A stretch of 48,059 bases of DNA, from positions 1 through 48,059 of IMG/VR virus record IMGVR_UViG_3300026270_000009. One strand, written 5' to 3'. Below are positions 1 to 9,821 of the stretch, one piece after another. A model generated the notes under the pieces. The model did not search any database and was not told the origin of the DNA. It worked only from the letters and a program-made list of their open reading frames with translations. The stretch comes from a virus (Duplodnaviria > Caudoviricetes). Every line of letters begins with the position of its first letter. The first letter of the stretch is position 1. A program made the translations under genes and the position numbers.

Positions 1-1086
1 CATCCGGGCTACATCATTGAGATGGCGGTAGAGCCCGTGGTTGTTCACGATTTTGCTAAGCAACCCGGTCAAACTGTTCAGCTAGATCGCTACCGCTTCT
101 GGGGCAATCCTGGTAACAAGGATTCCCGAGAACGCACAGCTGATCAAACACTGGGCACTGCATCTAGCCGCTCTATTGTTAAAGACAAGGTTATGGTGAC
201 TCTTAAGGAGTACACCGGCCCTGCAGACCCGACTGATGCCACCGCACCCTCAACTTTCAAGGTTGCGCGTGAGACACTGCTGACCGCTCAGCGCTTGCTG
301 CTTGATACCGGCAACCTGAACGTCTTCCACCAATCAATTGGTAGCCTTACGCTGCTTGATGATTATCGTCGTTGGCGCGATCGCGTCTTTGCCGATGAAC
401 TTTTCAAGGCAGAAGCTAATGGCGCATCTGACGGAAATAAAGGTGGTTACTACTACCCACTAGGTAAAACAAAGGCTAGTGCCGCTCCTTTCCTGACTTA
501 CTCAGGTACTGAGTCGGCCAAGTTTGATGTCAAGACCGACCTGCTTCAGGTGGTCAAGGACATGCGTAAGCGCAATGTCCCGACATTCGCCGATGGTTAT
601 TACCGTTGCATTGCAGATCCCACTGCAATGATGCACTTGAGGCAAAACGATGCCTTTAGGGAGATCGCACGCTATGCCGGTAATGGCATGGTGAACCCCC
701 TGCAACCTGAGCAGGCTCCTAATGCCAACTTCTTCTATGGCATGGGTCCCGCTTATGGACAAGCAGGTTTCGTAGCTGGTCAACCCGTGATGCCGACGGG
801 ATTCCTATTTGAGGGAGTTCGTTGGTTCGAATCCACCAACCTGGCTGAAAAGAGCCTTCAGGTGACTATCGGCACCGGTATCACTAATACAGTGACGACT
901 GCTGCTCCGATGATCTTCTTCGGTCCTCAAGCCGTAGGCGTGGGTATCGGCGGAAATAATGCAGGTATTCTCCTTAACAATAATGACGACTTTAGTCGCT
1001 TCATTATTATGATCTGGAGTCTCTTTGCTGGTTTTGAAGTACTGAACAAGGACTTCATCACCGTTGCTTACTCATTCGTATATTGA
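1..1086 (+). CDS. Major capsid protein (N4-gp56-like HK97 fold), 5' end upstream of window
   Basis: Frame open from base 1 (HPGYIIEMAVEP...); motifs DFAKQPGQTVQLDRY, FEGVRWFESTN, DDFSRFIIMIW typical of this capsid type; followed by strong SD and a terminator one gene later. Confidence 0.8.
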   Translation, partial: HPGYIIEMAVEPVVVHDFAKQPGQTVQLDRYRFWGNPGNKDSRERTADQTLGTASSRSIVKDKVMVTLKEYTGPADPTDATAPSTFKVARETLLTAQRLLLDTGNLNVFHQSIGSLTLLDDYRRWRDRVFADELFKAEANGASDGNKGGYYYPLGKTKASAAPFLTYSGTESAKFDVKTDLLQVVKDMRKRNVPTFADGYYRCIADPTAMMHLRQNDAFREIARYAGNGMVNPLQPEQAPNANFFYGMGPAYGQAGFVAGQPVMPTGFLFEGVRWFESTNLAEKSLQVTIGTGITNTVTTAAPMIFFGPQAVGVGIGGNNAGILLNNNDDFSRFIIMIWSLFAGFEVLNKDFITVAYSFVY

Positions 1087-1101
1087 GGGAGGTAAGTAAC
1101 T

Positions 1102-1743
1102 ATGTCTAAGAAGATTTTCCCCGGTAACTGGGTTACCACTCTGAGCAGCTACCAAGGTCAATCCGTGGTTGCTCTCCCCGGTCGCGTGTATTGCCACAAG
1201 ATCGGCTACGCACTTGTCGATTCCACTGGCGGCACATCATTTGATGTTGTCATCCCCAGCCCCGACCTGCGTGCAGACGACAAAGTAAGGTCTGACATCA
1301 CAGGCCTGACCATTCCAGCTGGCGCTGTTGTCTATTCATTGGGCATCCGCGTATCCGACACTCGCAAGGACGTCGGCGTTGGTTCAGCTGAATCTGGCCT
1401 TGTCGGCACAAACACCGACACCCTGAAGCTGGCATCTGCTGTTAACTCAACTGCTGGTGGCGTGATCTCAGCCTCTGCGCTGGGCACAACCGCAGCAGAC
1501 CTGACAGTAGCTAGTACCACCATTGCTCCTGGCACTGGTCGGTTCAGCTCTGCAGGCGCAACTCTCAGCGGCGCACTGACCCTCAAAGTCTTTGTTGCTG
1601 ACAGTACTGGCGCTTCCGCTGGTTCCACTATCACCTCAACGGCAGCTGGTGGCACCCCGATCATCGTCGAAGTTTCTTACTACGTCGACGATGCAGTGGC
1701 GACCAAAGAAGACACATTCCTGCCTTATCAGACAGAGTCCTGA
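1102..1743 (+). CDS. Putative capsid decoration/minor capsid protein
   Basis: GGAGG SD; Ser/Thr/Ala/Gly-rich beta protein co-transcribed with capsid gene before the terminator. Confidence 0.55.
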   Translation: MSKKIFPGNWVTTLSSYQGQSVVALPGRVYCHKIGYALVDSTGGTSFDVVIPSPDLRADDKVRSDITGLTIPAGAVVYSLGIRVSDTRKDVGVGSAESGLVGTNTDTLKLASAVNSTAGGVISASALGTTAADLTVASTTIAPGTGRFSSAGATLSGALTLKVFVADSTGASAGSTITSTAAGGTPIIVEVSYYVDDAVATKEDTFLPYQTES

Positions 1744-1765
1744 TTAGGTAATTGTTTTCCCTAGG

Positions 1766-1801
1766 ATGAGGGCTATTGGGTGACCATAGCCCTCATTTTT
1801 T
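1766..1801 (+). terminator. Rho-independent terminator
   Basis: 11-bp stem ATGAGGGCTAT/ATAGCCCTCAT followed by T-run. Confidence 0.85.
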
Positions 1802-1807
1802 GTACAT

Positions 1808-2239
1808 ATGGCTCTGTACCAGAACACTAAGACTGGCCAACTCGTTGAGTTTATTGGCTACCACGATAAAGAGTGGGCCATGGTTAAAAACTCCAGCGGT
1901 CAAGTCAACTACGTGGCGCTAGCCGACCTGGAAAGCTATGAAGCTTCTAAGGGCCGGACAGGAGAAAAGCCTCAGCCACAGTCAGCCGAGACTGAGGTTG
2001 ACGAGGATAAGTTGCCCGAAACGATCATCCCTGCGGATACTCGTTTGAATTTGAATGTGGCGACAGCAGAAGCGATCGCCAAGCATGTCAAAGGCATTGG
2101 CTATGCCACAGCTAAGAAGATTGTTGAGCTCCGTCTCTCACTTCCTGCTGAGCGATTCAAAAGCTTCGATCAGCTCAAAAAGATTGGCCGCGTTGATTGG
2201 GATGAGGTCATTGCAGCTGACCTTATTTTCATCGCTTGA
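1808..2239 (+). CDS. Helix-hairpin-helix (ComEA/HHH_3-like) DNA-binding protein
   Basis: LNLNVATAEAI..VKGIGYATAKKIVELR...FKSFDQLKKI. Confidence 0.8.
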   Translation: MALYQNTKTGQLVEFIGYHDKEWAMVKNSSGQVNYVALADLESYEASKGRTGEKPQPQSAETEVDEDKLPETIIPADTRLNLNVATAEAIAKHVKGIGYATAKKIVELRLSLPAERFKSFDQLKKIGRVDWDEVIAADLIFIA

Positions 2240-2273
2240 TTTACATAGAATTAAGTGAGGTCGCTGGTTAATT

Positions 2274-2759
2274 ATGGAGCTCAACGACTTCGATAAAAGC
2301 CGTTGTCGCTTCCATTTGGGGTACAACGTAGGAGCGAATCTTCCAGCAGGCGATATCGCCAGACTGGAAGAAGCGCTGGCCAGGGTCCCGGATAGTTACT
2401 TCTATTCGAGGATCCTGGAACACATGGATCGCTGCGATAAGGCCTTTAAGGTTTCGCAGGTGTTCCGCGTTGAAGATCAGCCACAGCCCAGCCGGGTTGA
2501 GCGCATTACGGGTGACACCGATCGTGCAATCTTCCAGTCAGAGCCCCTTAAGGCCGACAAGGATTACTGGGAGATCTACCTCCGTGAGACTGATCGTCTT
2601 GCGGAAACTCTTTACGTGGCGAACTATCGCCGCGACGAAGTGAGGCGATATGCCTACGACCGGGCCGGATCGGAATTCATTATGTCTATTCCTGGCCCTG
2701 CTGACACTGCTGTGGGCACTCGCGTAATTCAAGCCCAAGGCGCAATGAACTGGAGGTAA
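2274..2759 (+). CDS. Putative head completion/head-tail adaptor protein
   Basis: Position after capsid genes; helical N-terminus DKSRCRFHLGY resembles adaptor proteins. Confidence 0.45.
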   Translation: MELNDFDKSRCRFHLGYNVGANLPAGDIARLEEALARVPDSYFYSRILEHMDRCDKAFKVSQVFRVEDQPQPSRVERITGDTDRAIFQSEPLKADKDYWEIYLRETDRLAETLYVANYRRDEVRRYAYDRAGSEFIMSIPGPADTAVGTRVIQAQGAMNWR

Positions 2760-2762
2760 TCA

Positions 2763-3752
2763 GTGGCTAAAGGTCAATGGGTGACAGTCCCCGCCAACCT
2801 GACTCAATCAGGGAAGCCCGAACGTCGCTATCAAATGAAAAGCGGCCAATACAGGACTACTGAGCCAGGTAGTGCTGAGTGGTACGACGAGATGTATGTC
2901 AAGCCCGCTAGCAATGCAATCGGAGGCGTCCGTGAGTTTTTAGGGGGCCTTCCAATCGTTAAAGGGGCGATGAATGCGGACCCGACACCGAAAACGCAGC
3001 AGAAAGGTCCAACCTCTTTTGCAGATGCCCTAGTAGGTACGCCATTCGTACTAAATGGCGTCCTTGGGTTCAAGAACCAGGACGGCAAATTCCAAGCCAG
3101 AGGCGACATGGAAGGGCCTGTCGATGGATTGACGATTGATGAATCCTCTCTCCCATCTCAGGAGAATCCGCCGGCACCGCCACGCAATATCCTTTCGGAC
3201 GACGCCAACGCACGCGACTCGGCGTACCAGGCGATGAAGCAGCAATACGCACCGCAGGCAGATATCTGGGGAACTGACGAGGGCAAGGCAATCCTTGCCG
3301 CAGCGCAGTCAAACCAATACGGCGGGGAGGCTGCAGGCTTAGCTGACTACTACAGCAACCAGCAGAAGGCAGGCATTGGAGCCATGCCAGAGATCATCGA
3401 CGCCATGGGTTACACGGGCGACATGGCTAAGTGGGCTGAGGCCAACCCAGCGCTGGCAATGCGTGAGTACAACAAGAAGTTCGCCAACTCATACGAAGGG
3501 ACTGGCCCTGATAACGCTGCCATTCAGCAAGCGATGGACCAGGGCAAGTACTTCCCATCAGAAGGAAGCCCTAACCCACTGGGCGAGACAGGGGTAGCCA
3601 CTGACATGAATATGGCGCAATTCGCAGAGACGCAGCCGGTGGCGATGCAAGCGACTGGCAACACTCCTTTCTTTACTGACTCGACCGGGATTCCGGGACT
3701 TGGAGGGAAAGACCTCTACAACAAATACGCACTCATGCTGGGCAACAAATGA
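2763..3752 (+). CDS. Hypothetical protein, putative internal virion protein
   Basis: 329-aa ORF, GTG start with GGAGG SD, Ala/Gly/Gln/Met-rich. Confidence 0.7.
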   Translation: MAKGQWVTVPANLTQSGKPERRYQMKSGQYRTTEPGSAEWYDEMYVKPASNAIGGVREFLGGLPIVKGAMNADPTPKTQQKGPTSFADALVGTPFVLNGVLGFKNQDGKFQARGDMEGPVDGLTIDESSLPSQENPPAPPRNILSDDANARDSAYQAMKQQYAPQADIWGTDEGKAILAAAQSNQYGGEAAGLADYYSNQQKAGIGAMPEIIDAMGYTGDMAKWAEANPALAMREYNKKFANSYEGTGPDNAAIQQAMDQGKYFPSEGSPNPLGETGVATDMNMAQFAETQPVAMQATGNTPFFTDSTGIPGLGGKDLYNKYALMLGNK

Positions 3753-4369
3753 CTAAAGCAAATTTTTCCAGCGAAGAGTTTTCTAAGCACCGGCAGGGGC
3801 CAAAAAGGTCTTTGCGCTTAAACGAGTGGTACGAGAATTCAACCGGCCATCGCGAGGCTAAGCAGTTCTTTAGCGCTACGCCGAATGGTGTACCTAATAA
3901 CCCTACTAATTTTCAGTCCTACACACCTACAAGCAGCAGGTTTTCTCCTGAGGGGCAACCCGATGGTGATGTTGTCTTTCGCAGGAATCCTTATGGGGAT
4001 GCTGAGCAAGTAGTTCAACAAGAAGGCCCAATGGCTACAAGGCCTACTCAGATGGGTAACTACTTCAACAGGCCGATGCACGATTCCAAGCTGGATCGTC
4101 CGAACTTTATACAAACACCTGGTCCTGCGTCAGGCATGAGTACTAGCTTCGGCGGTTTTGGCAAAGGCCCTAGTCGTAATGAGCGAAGGGAGCGAAGGGA
4201 GAGAATTAAGGGCAAAAAGATGGCAGATTTCGCGGATCGGATGGAAGCGGGTGGCTTCGTTGGCAGGGAACACATGGATAACTTTAGTGGAGGCCCTAGA
4301 GAAAAGATGGATAACTTTGGCGGAAGGAAGAATTCAACAGGGCAAAGCTATGACGGCTATATCAGATAA
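3749..4369 (+). CDS. Hypothetical protein
   Basis: ATGA coupling; C-terminal repeat REHMDNFSGG/REKMDNFGG. Confidence 0.65.
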   Translation: MTKANFSSEEFSKHRQGPKRSLRLNEWYENSTGHREAKQFFSATPNGVPNNPTNFQSYTPTSSRFSPEGQPDGDVVFRRNPYGDAEQVVQQEGPMATRPTQMGNYFNRPMHDSKLDRPNFIQTPGPASGMSTSFGGFGKGPSRNERRERRERIKGKKMADFADRMEAGGFVGREHMDNFSGGPREKMDNFGGRKNSTGQSYDGYIR

Positions 4370-4414
4370 ACGCCGTACCGGTCTAAGTAAGATTAGTTAA
4401 ACAGGAGTCGTAAA

Positions 4415-4936
4415 TTGGCAACCAGTAGTTCCAATAAAATGCCGCTGCTGGTTGACAGGCCGCTGCATTCATTTGCAACGCTTGGCGGCGCAGCAGCACT
4501 GACTACATCAACGGATTTCAATACTCCCAGTGGTGGCGGATGCGTCTTGCTGGTGGATTGTCTAAGCAATGACGGAGCTGTCGTAGACAGCATTTCGGTC
4601 ATTGCTAACGAGGCAAGTACTACAGCCTCAAAGGTTTTGGTGTTCTTGAGTATTGCTTCTAACGCAGCAGCAATCAGCTCAGCAAACACAGTTTGCGTAG
4701 CCAACGAAACGATTAGTTCTTCGGCAGCTGGAGAGAGAACCAATATCTCACTACCCCCTCTTTCGATACCTGTGCCAAACCTCGGCGGCAGCTCGTCAGC
4801 AGGCGAAACGGACAAGAAGAATACAGGTTTGTATGTGCCTTCAGGAGCCGTTATTTACGTCGGAGTGACGCAGGCTTTGACTGCGCCTAGCTCATCCACT
4901 CGCGTTCACGTATTTGCACAAGGAGGATTCTTCTAA
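4415..4936 (+). CDS. Putative virion structural protein (beta-sandwich)
   Basis: TTG start after AGGAG SD; Ser/Thr/Ala-rich, ends VFAQGGFF. Confidence 0.65.
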   Translation: MATSSSNKMPLLVDRPLHSFATLGGAAALTTSTDFNTPSGGGCVLLVDCLSNDGAVVDSISVIANEASTTASKVLVFLSIASNAAAISSANTVCVANETISSSAAGERTNISLPPLSIPVPNLGGSSSAGETDKKNTGLYVPSGAVIYVGVTQALTAPSSSTRVHVFAQGGFF

Positions 4937-5733
4937 TGAGTTTCGAGCAAAATGTTACCGAGTGGTATAGGAATTACTTAGGCCGAGCGCCAGACAAAGG
5001 CGGCTGGGACAATTACATGGGCCAGCTGCAACGCGGTCGCAATATCTATGAAGTTGCCCACGAAATTCAATATTCGAAAGAGGGCAGGGAGTACGCAGCA
5101 AAGCAAGCAGCAGATGCAGCCGCTAGGACTCGTGGTGCGATGGCAGACGTCAGGTATCACGCGGATCAGCAGGTCCAAAGGGCAAATAACCAACTGCTTG
5201 CTCTGCAAAACAAAATCGGTGGATATGAAGATCGCATACGAGGATTTCAAAGAGATATAGACGATTACAGGTTTAGAAATAATGAGCTTCAAGGGCAGTA
5301 CACGAATGCGCTTGGACAGGTTCAAGATTGGACAAATAAAGCAAATGAATTCCAGAAGCAATCAGCTGACTGGGAGGATCAGTTCAACCAGCGAACTGTG
5401 GATTGGGAGACGGCCCGAGACGAAGCCCAGAGGTATCGCAATGAAGCGGTAGGTCGACAATTGCAAGGCCTCCGAGGCGGTGCAACAGCGGGCGGCTCGA
5501 ACAACACCCAGGGAGGAGGTGGCACTCTTGCTTCAGGGAGAACCGGCTATAGAGCCTTCGACGACAAAGCAATAGAAATCGAAAAGAACATCCAGGCAGA
5601 AAGCGGAGCGCTTTCAAGTAAAGGCCCAGTGGTTCAGCGAATAGCAGCAAGGCGCCCTGCTGGCAATCAAGCCCAAAGGCAGGCTCAAGGCCAAGGTGGC
5701 TCAGGCAGCTACTACGCATCGCGCTTTAGATAA
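4936..5733 (+). CDS. Coiled-coil protein with DUF4214-like N-terminus and C-terminal YYASRF tag
   Basis: WYRNYLGRAPDKGG motif; heptad region; paralogous to next gene. Confidence 0.75.
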   Translation: MSFEQNVTEWYRNYLGRAPDKGGWDNYMGQLQRGRNIYEVAHEIQYSKEGREYAAKQAADAAARTRGAMADVRYHADQQVQRANNQLLALQNKIGGYEDRIRGFQRDIDDYRFRNNELQGQYTNALGQVQDWTNKANEFQKQSADWEDQFNQRTVDWETARDEAQRYRNEAVGRQLQGLRGGATAGGSNNTQGGGGTLASGRTGYRAFDDKAIEIEKNIQAESGALSSKGPVVQRIAARRPAGNQAQRQAQGQGGSGSYYASRFR

Positions 5734-6473
5734 TGTCGATACTCCACGCGTTCCGAGGCGATCAAGGTGGCTTCGGACTTCAGTCATACAACAGAGCCCG
5801 AGCTGCTGGCCTGAACCCCAAGCAGATTGCTGCTGCAATGGGCTCGTCTGGAATGTCACTGGGCTACAGGGCTAGGGATGCAATCATCCGTGATACAGCT
5901 AGTCAAGCCGAGGGACTAAAGCAGCAGCGCAATGCAGCACAGAGCCAAGCAGCGAGCTTGCGTTCTCAGTACGAAGGGCAGATCGCTGACTACAAAAAAC
6001 GGCTTGATGATTACAGCGGCAGAGTCTCCAGCCTGACCAATCAGTATCAAAGCGCTCTCAAGGATTCGCAGGGCTATCAGGCGCAAGCAACTGAATGGCA
6101 AGGCAAGTACACCAAGAAATCTGGAGAGTACGAAGCAGCAAAGCAAGAGGCTGATCGCTACCGCAACGAAGCTGTTGGAAGACAGCTGTCACAAATTCGC
6201 AGTGGTGGCACTACTAAGGGCTCGCAGGCGAGCGTCGGGGGTGGCATCGGCGACTACAGAAAAGGCGGTCAAACCTTCCAGTCTGGAGACACGGCTCTCA
6301 CGAGAGCCGCCAAAGCAGAGGGCGGATTGACTGACAGCGTCCTGAATCGAAAGGGACCTGTCGTCGAGCGGCTTCAAACCCGCGCCAGTCAAACCGCTCC
6401 AGGCGGTAATTCCAACCAGGGCTTGGCGAGCGGTCGCACAGGCACCAGCTACTACGCATCACGCTTCCGTTAG
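5733..6473 (+). CDS. Coiled-coil protein with C-terminal YYASRF tag
   Basis: Shares RYRNEAVGRQL, KGPVV and SYYASRFR with preceding gene. Confidence 0.75.
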   Translation: MSILHAFRGDQGGFGLQSYNRARAAGLNPKQIAAAMGSSGMSLGYRARDAIIRDTASQAEGLKQQRNAAQSQAASLRSQYEGQIADYKKRLDDYSGRVSSLTNQYQSALKDSQGYQAQATEWQGKYTKKSGEYEAAKQEADRYRNEAVGRQLSQIRSGGTTKGSQASVGGGIGDYRKGGQTFQSGDTALTRAAKAEGGLTDSVLNRKGPVVERLQTRASQTAPGGNSNQGLASGRTGTSYYASRFR

Positions 6474-6476
6474 ATC

Positions 6477-7757
6477 ATGGCTCGTACAGGTATTGGCGCT
6501 GCATATGTTCAGCGCGAAATGGCAAAGGGACGCACAATGGCGTCCATCCAGCAAGAAGCAAAAAACGCGGGCTACGAGATTGGAGCCAAAGCGCAGCAAA
6601 TGTTCAACAGGGGCGGCACGTATGACCCGACTCCTGCTCCAGGACTAAGCGCAACATCAGACGAAGGCAGGACGGGGATCGGCGCTACCTACGTGCAGCG
6701 TGAACTCACTCGTGGCCGAACACTGCAAGATATTCAGAACGAGGCAAGGAGCAAGGGCTACACAATTGGCGGTAAAGCCCAACAGATTTTCGACAACGCC
6801 GCAGCGCGTAATAACGACTACTCGGACAACTACGGCTTGCCCCCCAGCGGTCGATTCTTCGACCCCTCGAATTTTTCGGGGATGGAAGACAGGATGGATG
6901 ATGGTGGCTTCGGCGACCACGCCCTAGGTCGGGCTAGGGCCGCTGGATACTCCGATGCGCAGATCCGCTCAACCCTGGCAGCGTCAGGAATGATGATTGG
7001 GCCTAAGGCGGCCAAACATCTTGGCGTCATGCCAGGCAAGACTTTCTATACAGGGCCGGACGGCAACAGGCGGCCACTGGACGTCTGGAAAGATCCCTCC
7101 ACGGGCAGGACGAAGACCAGAGAGTTTCCCGTTAGCTACACCGGCCAGGCAGGTACAAGAAAAGGCAGGCCTGAGCTTCTCCCGTACAACGCCTACAACT
7201 CCCTCATCAATAAGCCGTTTGACCACAACTATCTCTTCACCTACGGCGGGGAAAGTGGCGGCGAGTCCATGGGCACCTATGGCTATGTGGGTGAGGACAA
7301 GGATGCATACAGCGCTTATTCCGAGCCTGACTGGAATAAGTACGTCGGAGAAAACGGCTACAACAATCCTCGTCCCGACTTGACTGGCGACCTTGATGAT
7401 CGAGGCAGAGCCCGTCCCTCTGCAAATCCATACGCAAGCCAGTACAAATCAACATTCGATAATGCAGTTTCGACTGGCGGTGGCATTCCAAGAGAAGAGC
7501 CTGTTGGAGCCATGGGAGAGACAGCCGGAGTGCCAGAGGCTGCACAGGTGACTGACTATCGACCGACTGCAGAAGAGCCAACCTCGGTAGATCCTGCACC
7601 TGGAGATGCCGAAGATGGTCCTGTCGTCGAGCAAATCAAGACAGGCCCTGCCCCTACCTCTACTGAGACGGGCCAGCAACTCAAGAGCAACCGTGGCTAT
7701 CTGACGTCTGGCCGAATACGCAACTATTACAACTCTCGGTTTGGCCGGAGTGCGTAA
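6477..7757 (+). CDS. Repeat-containing protein with C-terminal YYNSRF tag
   Basis: Two copies of RTGIGAxYVQRExxxGRT...IQxEA...GYxIGxKAQQxF; GPVV...YYNSRF end. Confidence 0.75.
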   Translation: MARTGIGAAYVQREMAKGRTMASIQQEAKNAGYEIGAKAQQMFNRGGTYDPTPAPGLSATSDEGRTGIGATYVQRELTRGRTLQDIQNEARSKGYTIGGKAQQIFDNAAARNNDYSDNYGLPPSGRFFDPSNFSGMEDRMDDGGFGDHALGRARAAGYSDAQIRSTLAASGMMIGPKAAKHLGVMPGKTFYTGPDGNRRPLDVWKDPSTGRTKTREFPVSYTGQAGTRKGRPELLPYNAYNSLINKPFDHNYLFTYGGESGGESMGTYGYVGEDKDAYSAYSEPDWNKYVGENGYNNPRPDLTGDLDDRGRARPSANPYASQYKSTFDNAVSTGGGIPREEPVGAMGETAGVPEAAQVTDYRPTAEEPTSVDPAPGDAEDGPVVEQIKTGPAPTSTETGQQLKSNRGYLTSGRIRNYYNSRFGRSA

Positions 7758-9202
7758 TGGCCAAGAGACTGGGTTCCAATCTGGGGCGGAATCTAGGACT
7801 TCCGTCCATCAAAAGACCCGTCTCTCAGGGAGCTAAAGGCTTATACCCGCGTGCGGGCACTGGGGCCGGTCAATACGGCTCGGTTCAGTTTCCAACGATC
7901 GTCGAGCAGTACAACAGGGAGTCAGACTTCAAACGCTGGAAGCTTGGTCAGGAGTATTACTTCGGCAAAGGCAGGACATGGGGCGATCGTCAGTTCAACA
8001 TCCTCGCCAGATTTTTGAACCAGAACCCATCGTCAACAACTGACGAAATCGAAGAAACGGGAAGTAGAGAAGTTGTCACTCTTTTCCCCAGCTCAAGCAG
8101 CCCGGAAGGCGCTTGGTATGTCGCCACTCGTGTTCGTGGCAGTTTCTTATTCCCTCAGCCAATACAGGCGTCAGCTCTGACCTACAACCAAACTGACCCG
8201 GATCCGAATAACCACACGTTCACCTATGACGTAACCGGGATCTACAACGGCTCCCAGCTAGGCATCTTCAATGTCTGTATCGGCGATCAGTTTGAGGACT
8301 CAGCAAGCGGACCTAGCTTCCCTGGCGACCTGGTCGAAAAAGACATCGACAGTGTTGCGTTCACGTTGATTGGAGTTTCCGTCGGCAGCATGACGCTGAC
8401 GTTTGATCTGTCAAAGCCTCAGAGAAGAGTCAAACGGAATGGGAATATCTATTGGAAGAAAGAAAAATATGATCCCGACGACCCATCGATACCGACACTG
8501 ACTTGGAAAGGAGACGGCACAAAACATTTATGCTCATCGTTCAGCTTTTTTTGCTGCTGTCCTGATTGCCTAGGTGGAGCAGTCGCCAATCTCGACGACC
8601 CAGAACCGAAAGCAACCCTCGAAACCTTTCCGCTCCCAAACGCGAACAGAAGTGTATTCAGCGCATGGGAGCGACAAGGTGTTGGCTATTACCGTCAGTG
8701 GCGGACTTTGCCTGAACGCAAAGACCAAAGAAGGGAATGCAAACATATTCATGCGCAGCGATGGGCATGCGGAGTGCCATGGCTGGAGCCTGATGACTAC
8801 CCAACTGCCATTGAAAGGGACCTCCTTGAGTTCAGCTCTGCGTATGAGAAGGCATTAGACCCAGAGGAATACATGGATTATTTTCGAAACAGAAGACTAA
8901 GCTTCGATCGATTCGTTTTGACTATCGCAGAATCAGCAGGCTTAGTTATCTTCCCCGGTGGCGATGTCAGAGACAACATTCGTCCATTCGGTGGACCGAT
9001 GTTGTGGAACGACAAAGTAGAGCCACTAGCTTCATGGTGTAGAAATAATGACTGGTGGATGGAGCGAGGCACTCAAAACCTCAAGTGCTTCAACGCGACA
9101 ACACAACAGTTCCAGGAAATAATTCCTAAGAGTGGCACCGATTATCCAATACTTAATTTCTTGAGCGACAGCGATCCATTAACGCCAAAGATTGTCCCTT
9201 GA
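7757..9202 (+). CDS. Hypothetical protein with split SWIM-type zinc finger
   Basis: 481 aa; FCCCPDC ... ECKHIHA (CxC...CxH). Confidence 0.7.
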   Translation: MAKRLGSNLGRNLGLPSIKRPVSQGAKGLYPRAGTGAGQYGSVQFPTIVEQYNRESDFKRWKLGQEYYFGKGRTWGDRQFNILARFLNQNPSSTTDEIEETGSREVVTLFPSSSSPEGAWYVATRVRGSFLFPQPIQASALTYNQTDPDPNNHTFTYDVTGIYNGSQLGIFNVCIGDQFEDSASGPSFPGDLVEKDIDSVAFTLIGVSVGSMTLTFDLSKPQRRVKRNGNIYWKKEKYDPDDPSIPTLTWKGDGTKHLCSSFSFFCCCPDCLGGAVANLDDPEPKATLETFPLPNANRSVFSAWERQGVGYYRQWRTLPERKDQRRECKHIHAQRWACGVPWLEPDDYPTAIERDLLEFSSAYEKALDPEEYMDYFRNRRLSFDRFVLTIAESAGLVIFPGGDVRDNIRPFGGPMLWNDKVEPLASWCRNNDWWMERGTQNLKCFNATTQQFQEIIPKSGTDYPILNFLSDSDPLTPKIVP

Positions 9203-9239
9203 GCTTCAATAGAATAACGATGGAGGCATTTTATTCGCC

Positions 9240-9821
9240 GTGACAACTGAGCCTCTTAATCCTCGCGTTGACCCTCTTTACGGAGGGCGTTTCGCAGAAA
9301 ATACATCAGGCATTATTGCCGCAATCAATGCTTGCATCCTTGCATCAGGAGGAGTCGTGAGGTCGTATCCCGCTAATACAGCTGGAATCATCCAGGCATT
9401 AATGGACCTGGAGACAGCAATAGCTGGCGGCAGTGGCGGGGGTGCTACCGCACAGACAAGAGCAACTCTGGCTCCGACGACTTCTGGCGAAATCCTCAAC
9501 GCAGGAGAAGCGGTATATGTAAGTAGTGCAGACGGCAAGGTCTATAAAGCTACAAGTCAAAACACATTCGAGAAAGCGAATGTTCTTGGATTAGTCAAAG
9601 CAAGCGTTGTAGCTGCCGACAAGCCTACAACTGTAATTGTTAGAGGCCCTTGCATCTCGCTAACTGGTTTAACAGCAGGATTGGAATACTTTTTAGATCA
9701 CGATGGAAGCATTACATCCACGCCACCTAATGGCGGTGGATTGTATTCAGTGCATCTAGGCACTGCGATCAGCTCGACGATCCTTGACGTTCAGCCAGTT
9801 CCTCCGGCTCTGACGACCTAA
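9240..9821 (+). CDS. Putative fibre/cement structural protein
   Basis: GEILNAGEAVYV..DGKVYKA...LTGLTAGLEYFL pattern of phage cement/fibre-anchor domains. Confidence 0.6.
   Translation: MTTEPLNPRVDPLYGGRFAENTSGIIAAINACILASGGVVRSYPANTAGIIQALMDLETAIAGGSGGGATAQTRATLAPTTSGEILNAGEAVYVSSADGKVYKATSQNTFEKANVLGLVKASVVAADKPTTVIVRGPCISLTGLTAGLEYFLDHDGSITSTPPNGGGLYSVHLGTAISSTILDVQPVPPALTT

Noticed and set aside
1808-2239. Photosystem II PsbU (also HhH-like)
   Set aside because: No signal peptide or PsbU-specific motifs; fits ComEA-type HhH
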